NCBI GenBank assembly: GCA_965204735.1
Contig: OZ242008.1
Span: 1,088,001-1,152,000, forward strand
Length of the DNA: 64,000 bases
Direction of reading: 5' to 3'
DNA from: Longimicrobiales bacterium
Lineage (GTDB): Bacteria; Gemmatimonadota; Gemmatimonadetes; Longimicrobiales; Gaopeijiaceae
The notes beneath the pieces were generated by a model. The model saw only the letters and a list, made by a program, of their open reading frames with translations, ran no database searches and was not told the DNA's origin. This document shows, one piece after another, positions 40,579 to 50,563 of the stretch. Positions within the stretch are counted from its first letter, which is position 1, and the number at the start of each line of letters is the position of its first letter. The position numbers were made by a program, and so were the translations under genes.

Positions 40579-43179
40579 ATGACGGTTCCCCTCGCGTCGC
40601 AGCCGGCCCGTCCCCACTCCTCCCGCGTCTTCGACGAGCCCCCGCCGAGCGACCTGGCCCCGGCCAAGCTGTCGGAGAACGCCCGCATCGTCCTGGCCAA
40701 GCGCTACCTCAAGAAGGACGAGGCGGGGAAGCCGGTCGAGGAAGCGGAAACGATGTTCTGGCGGATCGCCCGGACGGTGGCCGAGGTGGACAGGGAGTAC
40801 GGGGCTTCCGAACGCGCCGTGGAAGAAGTCGCTCGAAGCTTCTACGACCTCATGGCCCAGGGCAGCTTCGAGCCCAACTCGCCGACCCTCATGAACGCGG
40901 GCCGTCCGCTGGGCCAGCTCTCCGCGTGCTTCGTGCTGCCCGTCGAGGACTCGCTCTCCAACGGCGGCAGCGGGATCTACGACACGCTCCGGGCGATGGC
41001 TCTGGTCCACCAGTCCGGGGGCGGCACCGGCTTTTCGTTCTCCCGCCTCCGGCCCGAGGGCGACACGGTGCGCTCCACCATGGGGGTGGCGTCGGGACCC
41101 GTCTCGTTCATGAGCCTGTACGACGCCTCGACCGAAGTGGTGAAGCAGGGCGGCACCCGGCGGGGCGCCAACATGGGCATCCTGCGGGTGGACCACCCGG
41201 ACATCCGCCGGTTCGTCCGCTGCAAGAACGACACGTCCCAGATCACCAACTTCAACATCTCGGTGGCGGTCACCGACGCCTTCATGGAGGCGGTGGCGGA
41301 AGGGGCGGAGTACGACCTGATCACTCCTCGGACCGGAGAAGTGAAGGGCCGCGAGAGCGCCAGGGAGGTCTTCGACTCGATCGTCGAGGGGGCGTGGAAG
41401 ACGGGCGAGCCCGGCGTCTTCTTCGTCGATCGGGCCAACGAGCACAACCCGGTCCCCCGCCTGGGCGCCTACGAGGCCACCAACCCCTGCGGCGAGCAGC
41501 CCCTCCTTCCCTACGACGTCTGCAACCTGGGAAGCGTCAACGTCGGCGCCTTCGCCAAGGGAAGCGGCCCCGAAGCCCTCCGCTTCGAGGACCCCATGGA
41601 CGGGATCGACTGGGATGGCCTTCGCCACGTGGTGCACCTCTCGGTCCACTTCCTGGACAACGTGATCGACGCGAACCGCTATCCGCTGGACGAGATCGAC
41701 GCCCTGGCCAAGAAGATCCGCCGGGTGGGCCTGGGGATCATGGGATGGGCCGACCTGCTGGTGCGCCTGGGCATCCGCTACGACTCGGAGGAAGGCGTGG
41801 AGGCGGGACGCAAGGTCATGGCGTTCGTAGAGGAAGAGACCAGGCGCGCCTCGGAGCGGCTGGCGGAGATCCGCGGCGTCTTCCCGGCATGGGAGGAATC
41901 GATCTGGGGACCTGACGAGACGTGCGCCCGGGACGCCTCCGGCGAGCGCGTCCGACCCTGCCGCCGGCTGCGCAACTGCAACCTGACCACGGTGGCGCCC
42001 ACCGGAACGATCTCGATCATCGCCGGGTGCAGCGGAGGGATCGAACCCCTCTTCGCCGTCGCGTTCATGCGCAACCAAGCCGGGTCGACGATGCCCGACG
42101 TGAACCTGGACTTCGTGGCCAGGGCACGCCGGGAAGGCTGGTACGACGACGCGCTCATGGAGCGGATCGCCGAGGAAGGCCATATCCACTTCGACGAGGT
42201 GCCCGAGGACGCCCAGGAGATCTTCCGCACTTCCCACGACATCTCTCCCGAGTGGCACGTGCGGATGCAGGCGGCGTTCCAGGAGCACGTGGACTCGGCG
42301 ATATCGAAGACCACCAACTTCGCCCACGAGGCGACCCGCGAGGACGTGCGCAAGATATACGACCTGGCCTTCGAGCTCGGCTGCAAGGGGGTGACGGTCT
42401 ACCGGGACGGTTCCCGGCCCATGCAGGTGCTCTCCACCGGCAAGACGGGGCGGAACGAGGCGGGGAAGGGAGCGGGCGAAGTCGGAGCCGAGGCCGTGGA
42501 GGCGCTGCGGCAGGACTTGGCCGACGCCCGCGAGGAAGCCCACCGCGCGCGGATCCAGCTGGACGAGGCGCACCGGCAGCTGGAGGATCGGGACCGGAAG
42601 GCGGCCGCGGCCCGGCAGAAGCGCACCCGGCCCCAGATGCTCCGGGGGCGGACCACGAAGATGAAGTCGCCGCTGGGCGACCTGTACGTCACCATCAACG
42701 AGGACGACGCGGGCCGCCCCTTCGAGGTCTTCTGCACCCTGGGCAAGGCCGGCGGGGCGGCGATGGCGGACTCGGAAGCCATGGGCCGCCTCGCGTCCCT
42801 CGCCCTCCGCTCCGGGGTCCCCATCACCGCCGTGCGGGACCAGCTCAGGGGCATCTCGTGCGACCGCTCCGTGGGGTTCGGCCCGCACAAGGTCCTTTCC
42901 GCGCCCGACGCGGTGGCCCAGGCGATCGACCACTACTTGGCGGAGAAGGTCGGCGTGCAGGAGGAGCTGCCCCTGGGGGCGCCGGCCGTCGTCGCCGACG
43001 TGGTCGGCGAGAGCGGCCCGTCGGCAATCTCCTCCTCCCTCGCCGTCGCCGGGGCGGGCGCCTACGTGGACCACGCCGACGCCGCCCTGGGCTCCTGTCC
43101 GGCGTGCGGCGCCAGCCAGCTCGCCTACGAAGAGGGCTGCCGCAAGTGCTACGTGTGCGGCTTCTCCGAGTGCGGGTAG
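40579..43179 (+). CDS. nrdJ: vitamin B12-dependent (class II) ribonucleotide reductase with TSCPD domain and C-terminal Zn ribbon
   Basis: Motifs PNSPTLMNAG, QLSACF, RRGANMG, ATNPCGEQPL, VAPTGTIS, ISKTTN, KGVTVYRDGSR and CPACG..GCRKC..CGFSEC. Confidence 0.93.
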   Translation: MTVPLASQPARPHSSRVFDEPPPSDLAPAKLSENARIVLAKRYLKKDEAGKPVEEAETMFWRIARTVAEVDREYGASERAVEEVARSFYDLMAQGSFEPNSPTLMNAGRPLGQLSACFVLPVEDSLSNGGSGIYDTLRAMALVHQSGGGTGFSFSRLRPEGDTVRSTMGVASGPVSFMSLYDASTEVVKQGGTRRGANMGILRVDHPDIRRFVRCKNDTSQITNFNISVAVTDAFMEAVAEGAEYDLITPRTGEVKGRESAREVFDSIVEGAWKTGEPGVFFVDRANEHNPVPRLGAYEATNPCGEQPLLPYDVCNLGSVNVGAFAKGSGPEALRFEDPMDGIDWDGLRHVVHLSVHFLDNVIDANRYPLDEIDALAKKIRRVGLGIMGWADLLVRLGIRYDSEEGVEAGRKVMAFVEEETRRASERLAEIRGVFPAWEESIWGPDETCARDASGERVRPCRRLRNCNLTTVAPTGTISIIAGCSGGIEPLFAVAFMRNQAGSTMPDVNLDFVARARREGWYDDALMERIAEEGHIHFDEVPEDAQEIFRTSHDISPEWHVRMQAAFQEHVDSAISKTTNFAHEATREDVRKIYDLAFELGCKGVTVYRDGSRPMQVLSTGKTGRNEAGKGAGEVGAEAVEALRQDLADAREEAHRARIQLDEAHRQLEDRDRKAAAARQKRTRPQMLRGRTTKMKSPLGDLYVTINEDDAGRPFEVFCTLGKAGGAAMADSEAMGRLASLALRSGVPITAVRDQLRGISCDRSVGFGPHKVLSAPDAVAQAIDHYLAEKVGVQEELPLGAPAVVADVVGESGPSAISSSLAVAGAGAYVDHADAALGSCPACGASQLAYEEGCRKCYVCGFSECG

Positions 43180-43198
43180 GGAGTAGGCGAAGGCGGCC

Positions 43199-44716
43199 CT
43201 ACCGGCTCCCGGCCGGCTTGCGGTAGTCCAGCGGCGGGTCCCGGTCGCCCACCAGCGACACGTACTCGAAGTCGGGGCCGACCCGCTCCAGCCGCTCGGC
43301 CTTCGCAGCCGCCACCAGCTCCGGGTCGGTGAAGAGGTCCACCGCGGTCATGGCCAGCGTCTTGGCCGCCACCACCATGCCCTTCTCGCCGATCGACGTG
43401 CCCCCGGCCGCGATCGCCTGCCACGAGTGGGCAGGCGTTCCAGGCACCCAGGTCGCCGAGCTCATCCCGACGGTGGGCACGACCCAGCTCACGTCGGCCA
43501 CGTCGGTGGAGCCTCCCGCGGCCCTGGGCATGTACGGCTGGACCTGGGCGGCGCTCTCCAGCGGCGGCGCGTCCTCCCGCAGGGTCGCGCGGACCGCCTC
43601 GGCGAACGCCCGCTCCGCTTCGTCGTAGATCACTCCTCCGACCTGTTCCAGGTTCGCCTGGACCCGGCGCTGCAACGTCTCGTTGGGCAGCATGGCGAAG
43701 AGGCCGTGGACGACTTCGTACTCCATGCGGACGCCCGTCCCCATCGCGGCGCCCTCCGCCGCCCGCGCCACCCGCTCGAAGATGGAGTTGACCATCTCCG
43801 GGTCCGGGTTGCGGACATAGTAGAAGACCTCGGCGAAGTCGGGGATCACGTTGGGCGCGTGGCCGCCCGCCGTGATCACGTAGTGGATGCGCGACTCCTG
43901 GGGAACGTGCTCGCGCATCATGTTCACCATGTGGTTCATCGCCTCCACCCCGTCCAGCGCCGAGCGGCCCTGCTCCGGGGCCCCGGCCGCGTGGGCGGAG
44001 ACCCCGTGAAAGCGGAACTTGGCCGACTTGTTGGCCAGCGTGGACGACGGACTCGCCTCGTTGGAGTCGCCGGGGTGCCAGTGGAGCACCGCGTCCACGT
44101 CGGCGAAGAGGCCGGCGCGGACCATGTAGACCTTGCCGGCCCCTCCTTCCTCGGCCGGCGTGCCGTACAGCCGCACCGTGCCCGGCGTGCCCGACTCCTC
44201 CAGCCACGCCTTGACCGCCAGCGCCGCAGCCACGGAACCCGCGCCGAAGAGGTGATGACCGCAGGCGTGGCCGGCGCCCATCTCGGGCCTCGGCGCCCGC
44301 TCCGCCGTCCGGTCCTGGGTGATCCCCGGCAACGCGTCGTACTCGGCCAAGATGCCGATCACGGGCGTTCCGTCTCCCCAGTTGGCCACGAACGCCGTGG
44401 GCATCCCCGCCACTCCTTCCTCGATCTCGAACCCCGCTTCCGCCAGGACCTCCCGCAGCAGCGCGCTGCTCCGCACCTCCTGGTACCCCACTTCGGCCCA
44501 CTCCCAGATCTGCTGGGCGACGGCGGCGTAGTGGTCCGCGCCGGCCTCGACGTGCGCTGCAACGGCGGCGTGGCCGTCTTGGGCGGCGGCCGGTCGAAGG
44601 GGCGAGACGGCGGCGCCGGCGAGCGTCCCGGCGACGACGGGCGCGGCCACGATCGGACGAGCGAAGCGCAGGGCGCCGGCGAGGGGGCCGACGTGCGGGC
44701 GAGGCGACTTGGGCAT
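43199..44716 (-). CDS. secreted M20 amidohydrolase (AbgB-like)
   Basis: Signal peptide ..AAAQ, then EYDALPG, GHACGH, GTPAEE, HWHP and GSTDVADVSW. Confidence 0.9.
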   Translation of the reverse strand: MPKSPRPHVGPLAGALRFARPIVAAPVVAGTLAGAAVSPLRPAAAQDGHAAVAAHVEAGADHYAAVAQQIWEWAEVGYQEVRSSALLREVLAEAGFEIEEGVAGMPTAFVANWGDGTPVIGILAEYDALPGITQDRTAERAPRPEMGAGHACGHHLFGAGSVAAALAVKAWLEESGTPGTVRLYGTPAEEGGAGKVYMVRAGLFADVDAVLHWHPGDSNEASPSSTLANKSAKFRFHGVSAHAAGAPEQGRSALDGVEAMNHMVNMMREHVPQESRIHYVITAGGHAPNVIPDFAEVFYYVRNPDPEMVNSIFERVARAAEGAAMGTGVRMEYEVVHGLFAMLPNETLQRRVQANLEQVGGVIYDEAERAFAEAVRATLREDAPPLESAAQVQPYMPRAAGGSTDVADVSWVVPTVGMSSATWVPGTPAHSWQAIAAGGTSIGEKGMVVAAKTLAMTAVDLFTDPELVAAAKAERLERVGPDFEYVSLVGDRDPPLDYRKPAGSR

Positions 44717-44857
44717 CTCGGAGTCCTCCAGGGTTACTTTGGAACAGAAGCGGAGGCGGTCGCGTCGCCCGCCCCCCGCAGCCAGAGTGCCGCGCGCCGC
44801 CCGACTCGGGCAAGTGCGGGCTCGCCGTCGCAACCACGCGCAGGGACTTTCTCGCAA

Positions 44858-45850
44858 GTGACCGTCGTCCCCAACGGCCAAGTCCGGGTGGCCGCCTTCC
44901 AGCCCCGCGGCTTTCCCTTCGACTCGGCCGGCGCCGTGGAGCGGGTGTGTTCCGGGGTCGCCGAGGCGGCGGAAGAGGGCGCGGGGCTCGTCGTCTTTCC
45001 CGAGGCCTTCGTCGGGGGCTATCCCTGGGGGCTGGCCTTCGGCACCGCCGTCGGGGGCCGCAAGCCCGAGGGGCGGCGCGCCTTCGGACGCTACCGCGAC
45101 GCCGCCGTCTCCGTGCCGGGTCCCGAGACGCGGCGCATGGCCGAGGCGGCCCGTTCGGCCGGGGCGTACCTGGCGGTGGGCGTCGTGGAGCGCGACGCGG
45201 CCCATGCGCCGGGCACCCTCTTCTGCACCCTGCTCTACTTTTCTCCCGACGGCGAGCTGGCGGGCCTTCACCGCAAGCTCAAGCCGACGGCGGCGGAGCG
45301 CCTGATCTGGGGCGAGGGGGACGGCAGCACCCTCCCCGTGATCGATGCGCCGTTCGGCAAGGTGGGCGGGCTCATCTGCTGGGAGAACTACATGCCGCTG
45401 GCCCGCATGGCCATGTACGGCAAGGGCGTGCAGCTCTACCTGGCCCCCACCGCCGACGCCCGCGACCGATGGCAGGCCACCCTCCGCCACATCGCCCTGG
45501 AAGGCCGCTGCTTCGTGGTCGGCTGCAACCAGTTCGTCAAGAAGGAGCACTACCCGCCCGACATCGAGATCCTCCACGAGGCCGCCGAGTGGCCCGAGGT
45601 GCTCTGCCCCGGCGGCACGTCGATCCACGATCCCCTGGGCAGGCTCCTGGCCGGTCCGCTGCTCGGCCGAGACGGCGTTCTCTACGCGGACCTGGACATG
45701 GGCGAGATCGCCCGCGGCAAGTTCGACTTCGACGTCGTCGGCCACTACGCGCGCCCCGACGTCTTCCGTCTGACGGTCGACGAGACCCCGCTGCGGTCGG
45801 TGACGGGCGCGAAGCCCGGATCGCTAGGCCGACTGGGCGCGTCACGCTAG
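44858..45850 (+). CDS. nitrilase (carbon-nitrogen hydrolase)
   Basis: E-K-C triad in FPEAF, HRKLKPT and ICWENYMP, plus FDVVGHYARPDVF. Confidence 0.92.
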   Translation: MTVVPNGQVRVAAFQPRGFPFDSAGAVERVCSGVAEAAEEGAGLVVFPEAFVGGYPWGLAFGTAVGGRKPEGRRAFGRYRDAAVSVPGPETRRMAEAARSAGAYLAVGVVERDAAHAPGTLFCTLLYFSPDGELAGLHRKLKPTAAERLIWGEGDGSTLPVIDAPFGKVGGLICWENYMPLARMAMYGKGVQLYLAPTADARDRWQATLRHIALEGRCFVVGCNQFVKKEHYPPDIEILHEAAEWPEVLCPGGTSIHDPLGRLLAGPLLGRDGVLYADLDMGEIARGKFDFDVVGHYARPDVFRLTVDETPLRSVTGAKPGSLGRLGASR

Positions 45851-45924
45851 ATTTCTCGGCTCCCGGCGTTGCATTTTCGCCTCCGGGCCTCCCAACCTCC
45901 GCCACCCTCGACCCGTTCAGCAAA

Positions 45925-47220
45925 GTGACGACAGCGACCGCACCCGCCCCGCCCTCCGCGCCACCGGGCCCGCCCTCCGCGCCCCGGCGCCCCGAACCCG
46001 CCCCGCCCGGCGCCGTCGCCAAGCCCGTCTCGCACTACCTGGAGGAAGCCGAGCGCTGGTCGGCGCGCAACTATCTCCCCTTGCCGGTCGTGCTGGACCG
46101 GGGCGAGGGCGCGTGGGTCTGGGACGTGGAGGGAAACCGCTACCTCGACATGCTCAGCGCCTACTCGGCCCTCAACCAGGGACACCGGCACCCCGAGATC
46201 GTGGCGGCGGCCCGCGCGCAGATGGAGCGGCTCACGCTGACGTCCCGGGCGTTCCACAACGACCAGATGGGGCCGTTCCTCCGCGAGCTCTGCGAGGCCG
46301 CCGGATACGACGCCGCCCTGCCGATGAACACCGGCGCCGAGGCCGTCGAGACCGCCGTCAAGATGGTGCGCAAGTGGGGCTACCAGACCCGCGGCATCCC
46401 GGCGGACCGGGCGGAGATCGTCGTGTGCGAGGACAACTTCCACGGCCGCACCACGACGATCGTGGGCTTCTCGTCGGAAGAGCAGTACCGGGAGGGGTTC
46501 GGTCCCTTCACGCCGGGCTTCAAGATCGTTCCCTACGGCGACTTGGACGCCCTGCGGCAGGCGCTGGGCCCCGACACGGCCGGCTTCCTGGTCGAGCCCG
46601 TCCAGGGAGAGGCCGGCGTGGTCGTGCCCCCGGACGGCTACCTGGCGGCCGCGGCGGCCCTCTGTCGCGACGAGGGCGTCGCGTTCGTGGCCGACGAGAT
46701 CCAGACGGGCCTCGGGCGCACGGGCCGCCTCTTCTGCTGCGAGTGGGAGGGAGTGCGTCCCGACGTGCTCGTGGTGGGCAAGGCGCTGGGCGGCGGCGTC
46801 TACCCCGTCTCCGCGGTGATCGCCGACTCCGAGTTCATGGACGTCTTCCGACCCGGCGACCACGGCTCGACGTTCGGGGGCAATCCCCTGGGGGCCGCAG
46901 TCGGCCGCGCGTCGCTGCGGGTGGTGCTGGAGGAGGACCTCTCCCGGCGCTCCGACGAGCTCGGCAGCTGGTTCATGGAGCAGCTGCGGGCGATCCCTTC
47001 TCCCCACGTCGAGGAAGTTCGCGGAAAGGGCCTCATGATCGGCGTCGCGATCCGCGAGTCCTCGGGCCCCGCCCGGCCCTTCTGCGAGGCCCTCCAGAAG
47101 CGCGGCATCCTGGCCAAGGAGACCCACGAGCAGGTCGTCCGGTTCGCGCCGCCCCTGACGGTGGAGCGGTCGCAGCTGCAAGACGCGCTGGTGGAGGTCG
47201 CGGCCGTGCTGGAGGGCTAG
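45925..47220 (+). CDS. rocD: ornithine--oxo-acid aminotransferase
   Basis: Motifs NYLPLPVV, SAYSALNQGH, LTSRAF, MNTGAEAVETA, EPVQGEAG, DEIQTGLGRTG, GKALGGG and HGSTFGGNP. Confidence 0.93.
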   Translation: MTTATAPAPPSAPPGPPSAPRRPEPAPPGAVAKPVSHYLEEAERWSARNYLPLPVVLDRGEGAWVWDVEGNRYLDMLSAYSALNQGHRHPEIVAAARAQMERLTLTSRAFHNDQMGPFLRELCEAAGYDAALPMNTGAEAVETAVKMVRKWGYQTRGIPADRAEIVVCEDNFHGRTTTIVGFSSEEQYREGFGPFTPGFKIVPYGDLDALRQALGPDTAGFLVEPVQGEAGVVVPPDGYLAAAAALCRDEGVAFVADEIQTGLGRTGRLFCCEWEGVRPDVLVVGKALGGGVYPVSAVIADSEFMDVFRPGDHGSTFGGNPLGAAVGRASLRVVLEEDLSRRSDELGSWFMEQLRAIPSPHVEEVRGKGLMIGVAIRESSGPARPFCEALQKRGILAKETHEQVVRFAPPLTVERSQLQDALVEVAAVLEG

Positions 47221-47224
47221 AGGG

Positions 47225-48136
47225 ATCGACTTCGAAGTCGTCGCCCGCAACTACTTCGAGGCGCTGGCCCGCGAGCGGGAGCAGCCGCCGCGGCGCCTGG
47301 GAGAGGCCGTCTCCGAGTCGGTCGGCGAGTCCCCAGGATGCGCCAGCTGTCTGGGGTGCCTGGGAGTCGTCGCCTTCATGATGGTGGCGTCGTCCGCGCC
47401 CGAGTTCCTGGTGGCCGGCGGAGCGCTCGTGGCAGGCGGCTTCGCTTTCTCGGCGATCGCGCGGCACTACCGCATCCGCGCCCGGATCAAGCGGGGCGTG
47501 AACGCCTACTCGGCTGGAGACCCCGACGCCGTCTCCGCCGTGCACGGCCACGCTCTCGGGATGCTCCGCCGGAGGGTGCAGGCCCATCGGGACCGAATGC
47601 TGGGTCCCGATTCGGAGTGGGGACGGGCCCGAGGGCCGCTGGAGGAGGCGCTGATCGACGCCGAGGGCCGCCTGGCCTACTGGCGGGAGCGGCTGCTGGG
47701 CGAGCCCGACAGCGAGATCGCGTCCATGCAGATGCGGACGGCGCGGAAGCTGCGCGACAAGCTCAAGCAGGCGGTGGACGAGGTGGACGACCGGGCCGTC
47801 GTCCTCCGGCACTTCTACGACCGGTGCGAAGCCAAGCTGGCGGTCATGGACCGAAGCAACGCCGACCTGGTGGAGGTCAAGCGGCTTGAAGAGCTCTCGG
47901 GCAAGGCCAACACGGTGATGGCGCACGCCCGAGGCGCAATCGAGGGGCTCGCCCAGCGCTTCCTCGCAGAGGCTCGCAGCATCGCCACCGCGCTGGGGAG
48001 CGCCGACCGCACCCAGCTGGGCGTCCTGGCCGGCGACGCGCCGATCGACAACATCGAATTCCTGGCCGACAAGATCCACGAGAGCGGCGAGCGGGACCGG
48101 GGAACGATCGAGGCGCTGGAGAAGACGCTGACGTAG
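47225..48136 (+). CDS. hypothetical membrane-anchored coiled-coil protein
   Basis: The canonical-start ORF is 47378-48136. The frame is open and coding-like upstream to about 47225 (IDFEVVARNYFEAL..GCASCLGCLGVVAF). TM segment(s) followed by a helical region; start uncertain. Confidence 0.7.
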   Translation: MDFEVVARNYFEALAREREQPPRRLGEAVSESVGESPGCASCLGCLGVVAFMMVASSAPEFLVAGGALVAGGFAFSAIARHYRIRARIKRGVNAYSAGDPDAVSAVHGHALGMLRRRVQAHRDRMLGPDSEWGRARGPLEEALIDAEGRLAYWRERLLGEPDSEIASMQMRTARKLRDKLKQAVDEVDDRAVVLRHFYDRCEAKLAVMDRSNADLVEVKRLEELSGKANTVMAHARGAIEGLAQRFLAEARSIATALGSADRTQLGVLAGDAPIDNIEFLADKIHESGERDRGTIEALEKTLT

Positions 48137-48206
48137 GAGCCGACCCTGGACGCGGCGCCCGACCCCGCGGGCCGCGCGTCGCCGGACCGAGCCCGGAAGG
48201 CGTCGT

Positions 48207-48527
48207 TCACCGCCCCGGTCGCTCTCCCGGCGGCCCGATCGTGCCCTGCCGGGACGTGTCGATCTCCACGATCTTCCCGTCCCCGAAGAGCACGGCGCGG
48301 ACTTGCCCGTACAGGAACTCCCTCGCCTCCCGCTCCCGGGGGTTCAGCCCGAAGTGGTTGATCAGCAGCATCTGGTGCTGGAGCCAGTCGCGCCAGCAGC
48401 TGGCGCACACCTCCCGGCGAATCCGCTCGCCCAGCTCCGACCTGAACGGCGGGCGCTCCAGCGCCGGTCCCGGGGTCGCGGGATGCCGCCGACAGACCAC
48501 TTGGTCCAAGACCCGCTCCTCCTCCAC
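48207..48527 (-). CDS. Fe(II)-trafficking / oxidative damage protection protein (YggX-like)
   Basis: Motif PPF.SELGERI...VC..CW..W...Q.LLINH.GL....AREFL. AAGGAG RBS before GTG. Confidence 0.85.
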   Translation of the reverse strand: MEEERVLDQVVCRRHPATPGPALERPPFRSELGERIRREVCASCWRDWLQHQMLLINHFGLNPREREAREFLYGQVRAVLFGDGKIVEIDTSRQGTIGPPGERPGR

Positions 48528-48737
48528 GGCCCCGCTCCTTTCGTCGTTCCCGGCGATCTTCCCGGCGTTCCCGGCGGTGTGTCCTCCCAGCGACGACGGT
48601 GTGTCTTCCCAGCGAACCGTCTCTCCAATTGAATTAGATTGGGCAGGTTGAACTTGGCTGCAAGGCCCAAGCCGGAGTTCGGCCACGGCACGGCAAGGGC
48701 GCCGAGCCGGCTGTCGTCGCGAAAGAACGGAGGAGCG

Positions 48738-49178
48738 ATGTCGTCCCAGCACTCGCCGGGGGCGGACCAGACCGCCGCCAACGGCCAAGGTCCCGTGCTC
48801 TCCCGGGAGCAACTGGCCCACCTTGAAGCCCGGCTGGTGGAAGAGCGGAAGAAGGCCCTGCGGAGCCTGGGCCACTTCAACGAAGCCGCCCAGCGCAGCC
48901 GCAGCTCCTCCGACTCGGATCTGGCCGGCTACACGGACCACATGGCCGACCAGGGAACCGAGGCCATGGAGCGGGAGAAGGCCGCCGTGTTCGCCACGAA
49001 GGAAGGCCGCTACCTCTACCGCATCGAAGACGCCCTCCATCGCTTGTACACCGACCCGGACAACTTCGGTCGTTGCCACGCCACCGGCAGGCCCATCGGC
49101 TTCGAGCGGCTGGACGCCCTCCCCCACGCCCGCTACTGCATCGAGCACAAGCGAGAGCTGGAGGCCCAGGGCGACTGA
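48738..49178 (+). CDS. TraR/DksA-family protein
   Basis: Coiled coil with tip HMADQGTE, then IEDAL.RL..FG.C..TG.PI..ERL.ALP.ARYCI. AGGAG RBS. Confidence 0.88.
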   Translation: MSSQHSPGADQTAANGQGPVLSREQLAHLEARLVEERKKALRSLGHFNEAAQRSRSSSDSDLAGYTDHMADQGTEAMEREKAAVFATKEGRYLYRIEDALHRLYTDPDNFGRCHATGRPIGFERLDALPHARYCIEHKRELEAQGD

Positions 49179-49339
49179 TCGGTCGCGCCGCCGCCGGTCC
49201 GCGCCCCCGCCCAAGCTCCCTGCGAGCCCCAGCGTCCCCGGCGCTCGTCGTCGGCTCCGGGGACTCCGGGGCCCCTCGGGACGAGCGGCACGAGCAGCGA
49301 CGCGCCTTGCGGTCGCGCGGGGAGGATGGCTCGCCGCCC

Positions 49340-50563
49340 TCACACGGCCCGAAGCAGCTCCTCGCCCAGCTCCCGGGCCTGCCAGCGCCGCACCTCGTCC
49401 AAGCCCTCCAGCTCCCTCAGGCTCCGGGGCTTCGCCGCCGCCACTCGCCGCAGCACGCCGTTCGCCATCAGGCGACCTCGGTCCAGCCCCAGCCGCTCGG
49501 CGGCCCGATCCCGCGCGGCCTTCAGCCGTTCGAACGCGGCCTCCTCCTCCGGCGGCGGCCTTCCTCTCCCCCGCGTCGCCGCCGCCGGGTACGGCTTCAG
49601 CTGCTGCTCCGGCGTCCGCTCCACCTGTGCCAGCGCCTCCACCAGCGAACGGCCCCGGGTGCGCGCCATCCCCTTCGGAAAGCCCTTGGTCGCGGCGAGC
49701 GCGGCCGCCGAGAGCGGGCGCTCCGTCGCCACCGCCATCAACGTCGCGTCGGAAGCCACCCGGAACGGCGCCCGGTCGATCGCGCGCGCCACCCGGTCCC
49801 GCCACTCCAGCGCCCGCCGAAGCGCGGTCGCCGAGCGCGGATCCAGCCTTCGCGCTCCCTTGACCCGGACCACCGGGTCCTCTTCCGGACCGAGGCCCGG
49901 GCCAGCGCCCCCTCCCACCGGGCCGGCCGTGGCCCTCGATTCGCGGCACGCGCCCGAGGTCCCGGATCCAGCGCCCGCCGCCTCTTCCGTCCGCACCGCG
50001 TCCAGCATTCGTCGGCACTCCTCGACCGCCCAAGCCGTTCGCCCCAGCCGCCGAAGGGCGTCCTCCAGCTCGGCCGCCAGTCGGTGCAGGTGGCGGGTGT
50101 CGCCCGCGGCGTACTCGATCATCTCGGGCGGCAGCGGCCGCCTCGCCCAGTCGGCTCGCTGGTGCTTCTTCGAGACGTGCACGCCCAAGTGCCGCTTCAG
50201 CAGCGCCTGAAGCCCCACCGCCGGCTCCCCGGCCAGCGCGGCCGCCACCTGGGTGTCGAAGAGGTTGGCCACGCCCACGCCCACGTCGCGCATCAGCAGC
50301 CGCAGGTCGTAGGACGCGCCGTGCATGATCACCCGCCGCCCGGCGTCTTCCAGAACGGGCTTGAGCGCCGCTCCGAGCTCGACCGCCAGCGGGTCCAGGA
50401 CGAAGGTGTCGCGGCGAGTCGATATCTGCACCAGGCAAATCCGGTCCGAGTACCGGTGGAACCCGGCGGCCTCGCAGTCCACGGCCACGTCGCCGCCGCC
50501 GCTCAGCGAACGCGCCGCGGCCTCGACTCCGGCTGGCGTGCGGACGTGGACGGCAGAGGACAT
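49340..50563 (-). CDS. rnd: ribonuclease D (3'-5' exonuclease + HRDC)
   Basis: Motifs AVDCE, CLVQI, HGASYD, FDTQVAA, ADWARRPL, YAAGD and WRDRVARAIDRAPFRV. Confidence 0.9.
   Translation of the reverse strand: MSSAVHVRTPAGVEAAARSLSGGGDVAVDCEAAGFHRYSDRICLVQISTRRDTFVLDPLAVELGAALKPVLEDAGRRVIMHGASYDLRLLMRDVGVGVANLFDTQVAAALAGEPAVGLQALLKRHLGVHVSKKHQRADWARRPLPPEMIEYAAGDTRHLHRLAAELEDALRRLGRTAWAVEECRRMLDAVRTEEAAGAGSGTSGACRESRATAGPVGGGAGPGLGPEEDPVVRVKGARRLDPRSATALRRALEWRDRVARAIDRAPFRVASDATLMAVATERPLSAAALAATKGFPKGMARTRGRSLVEALAQVERTPEQQLKPYPAAATRGRGRPPPEEEAAFERLKAARDRAAERLGLDRGRLMANGVLRRVAAAKPRSLRELEGLDEVRRWQARELGEELLRAV

Noticed and set aside
37036..43074. 2012-aa minus-strand ORF, and similar long antisense ORFs (e.g. 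32666-37171, 29477-32560, 60526-63345)
   Set aside because: They are antisense or alternate-frame mirrors of well-supported genes. Stop codons are scarce at this GC content and the ORFs show no recognisable motifs.
40579..43179. Intein or intron in nrdJ
   Set aside because: The catalytic motifs are contiguous. The extra segment before the TSCPD domain is a short coiled-coil linker without intein motifs.
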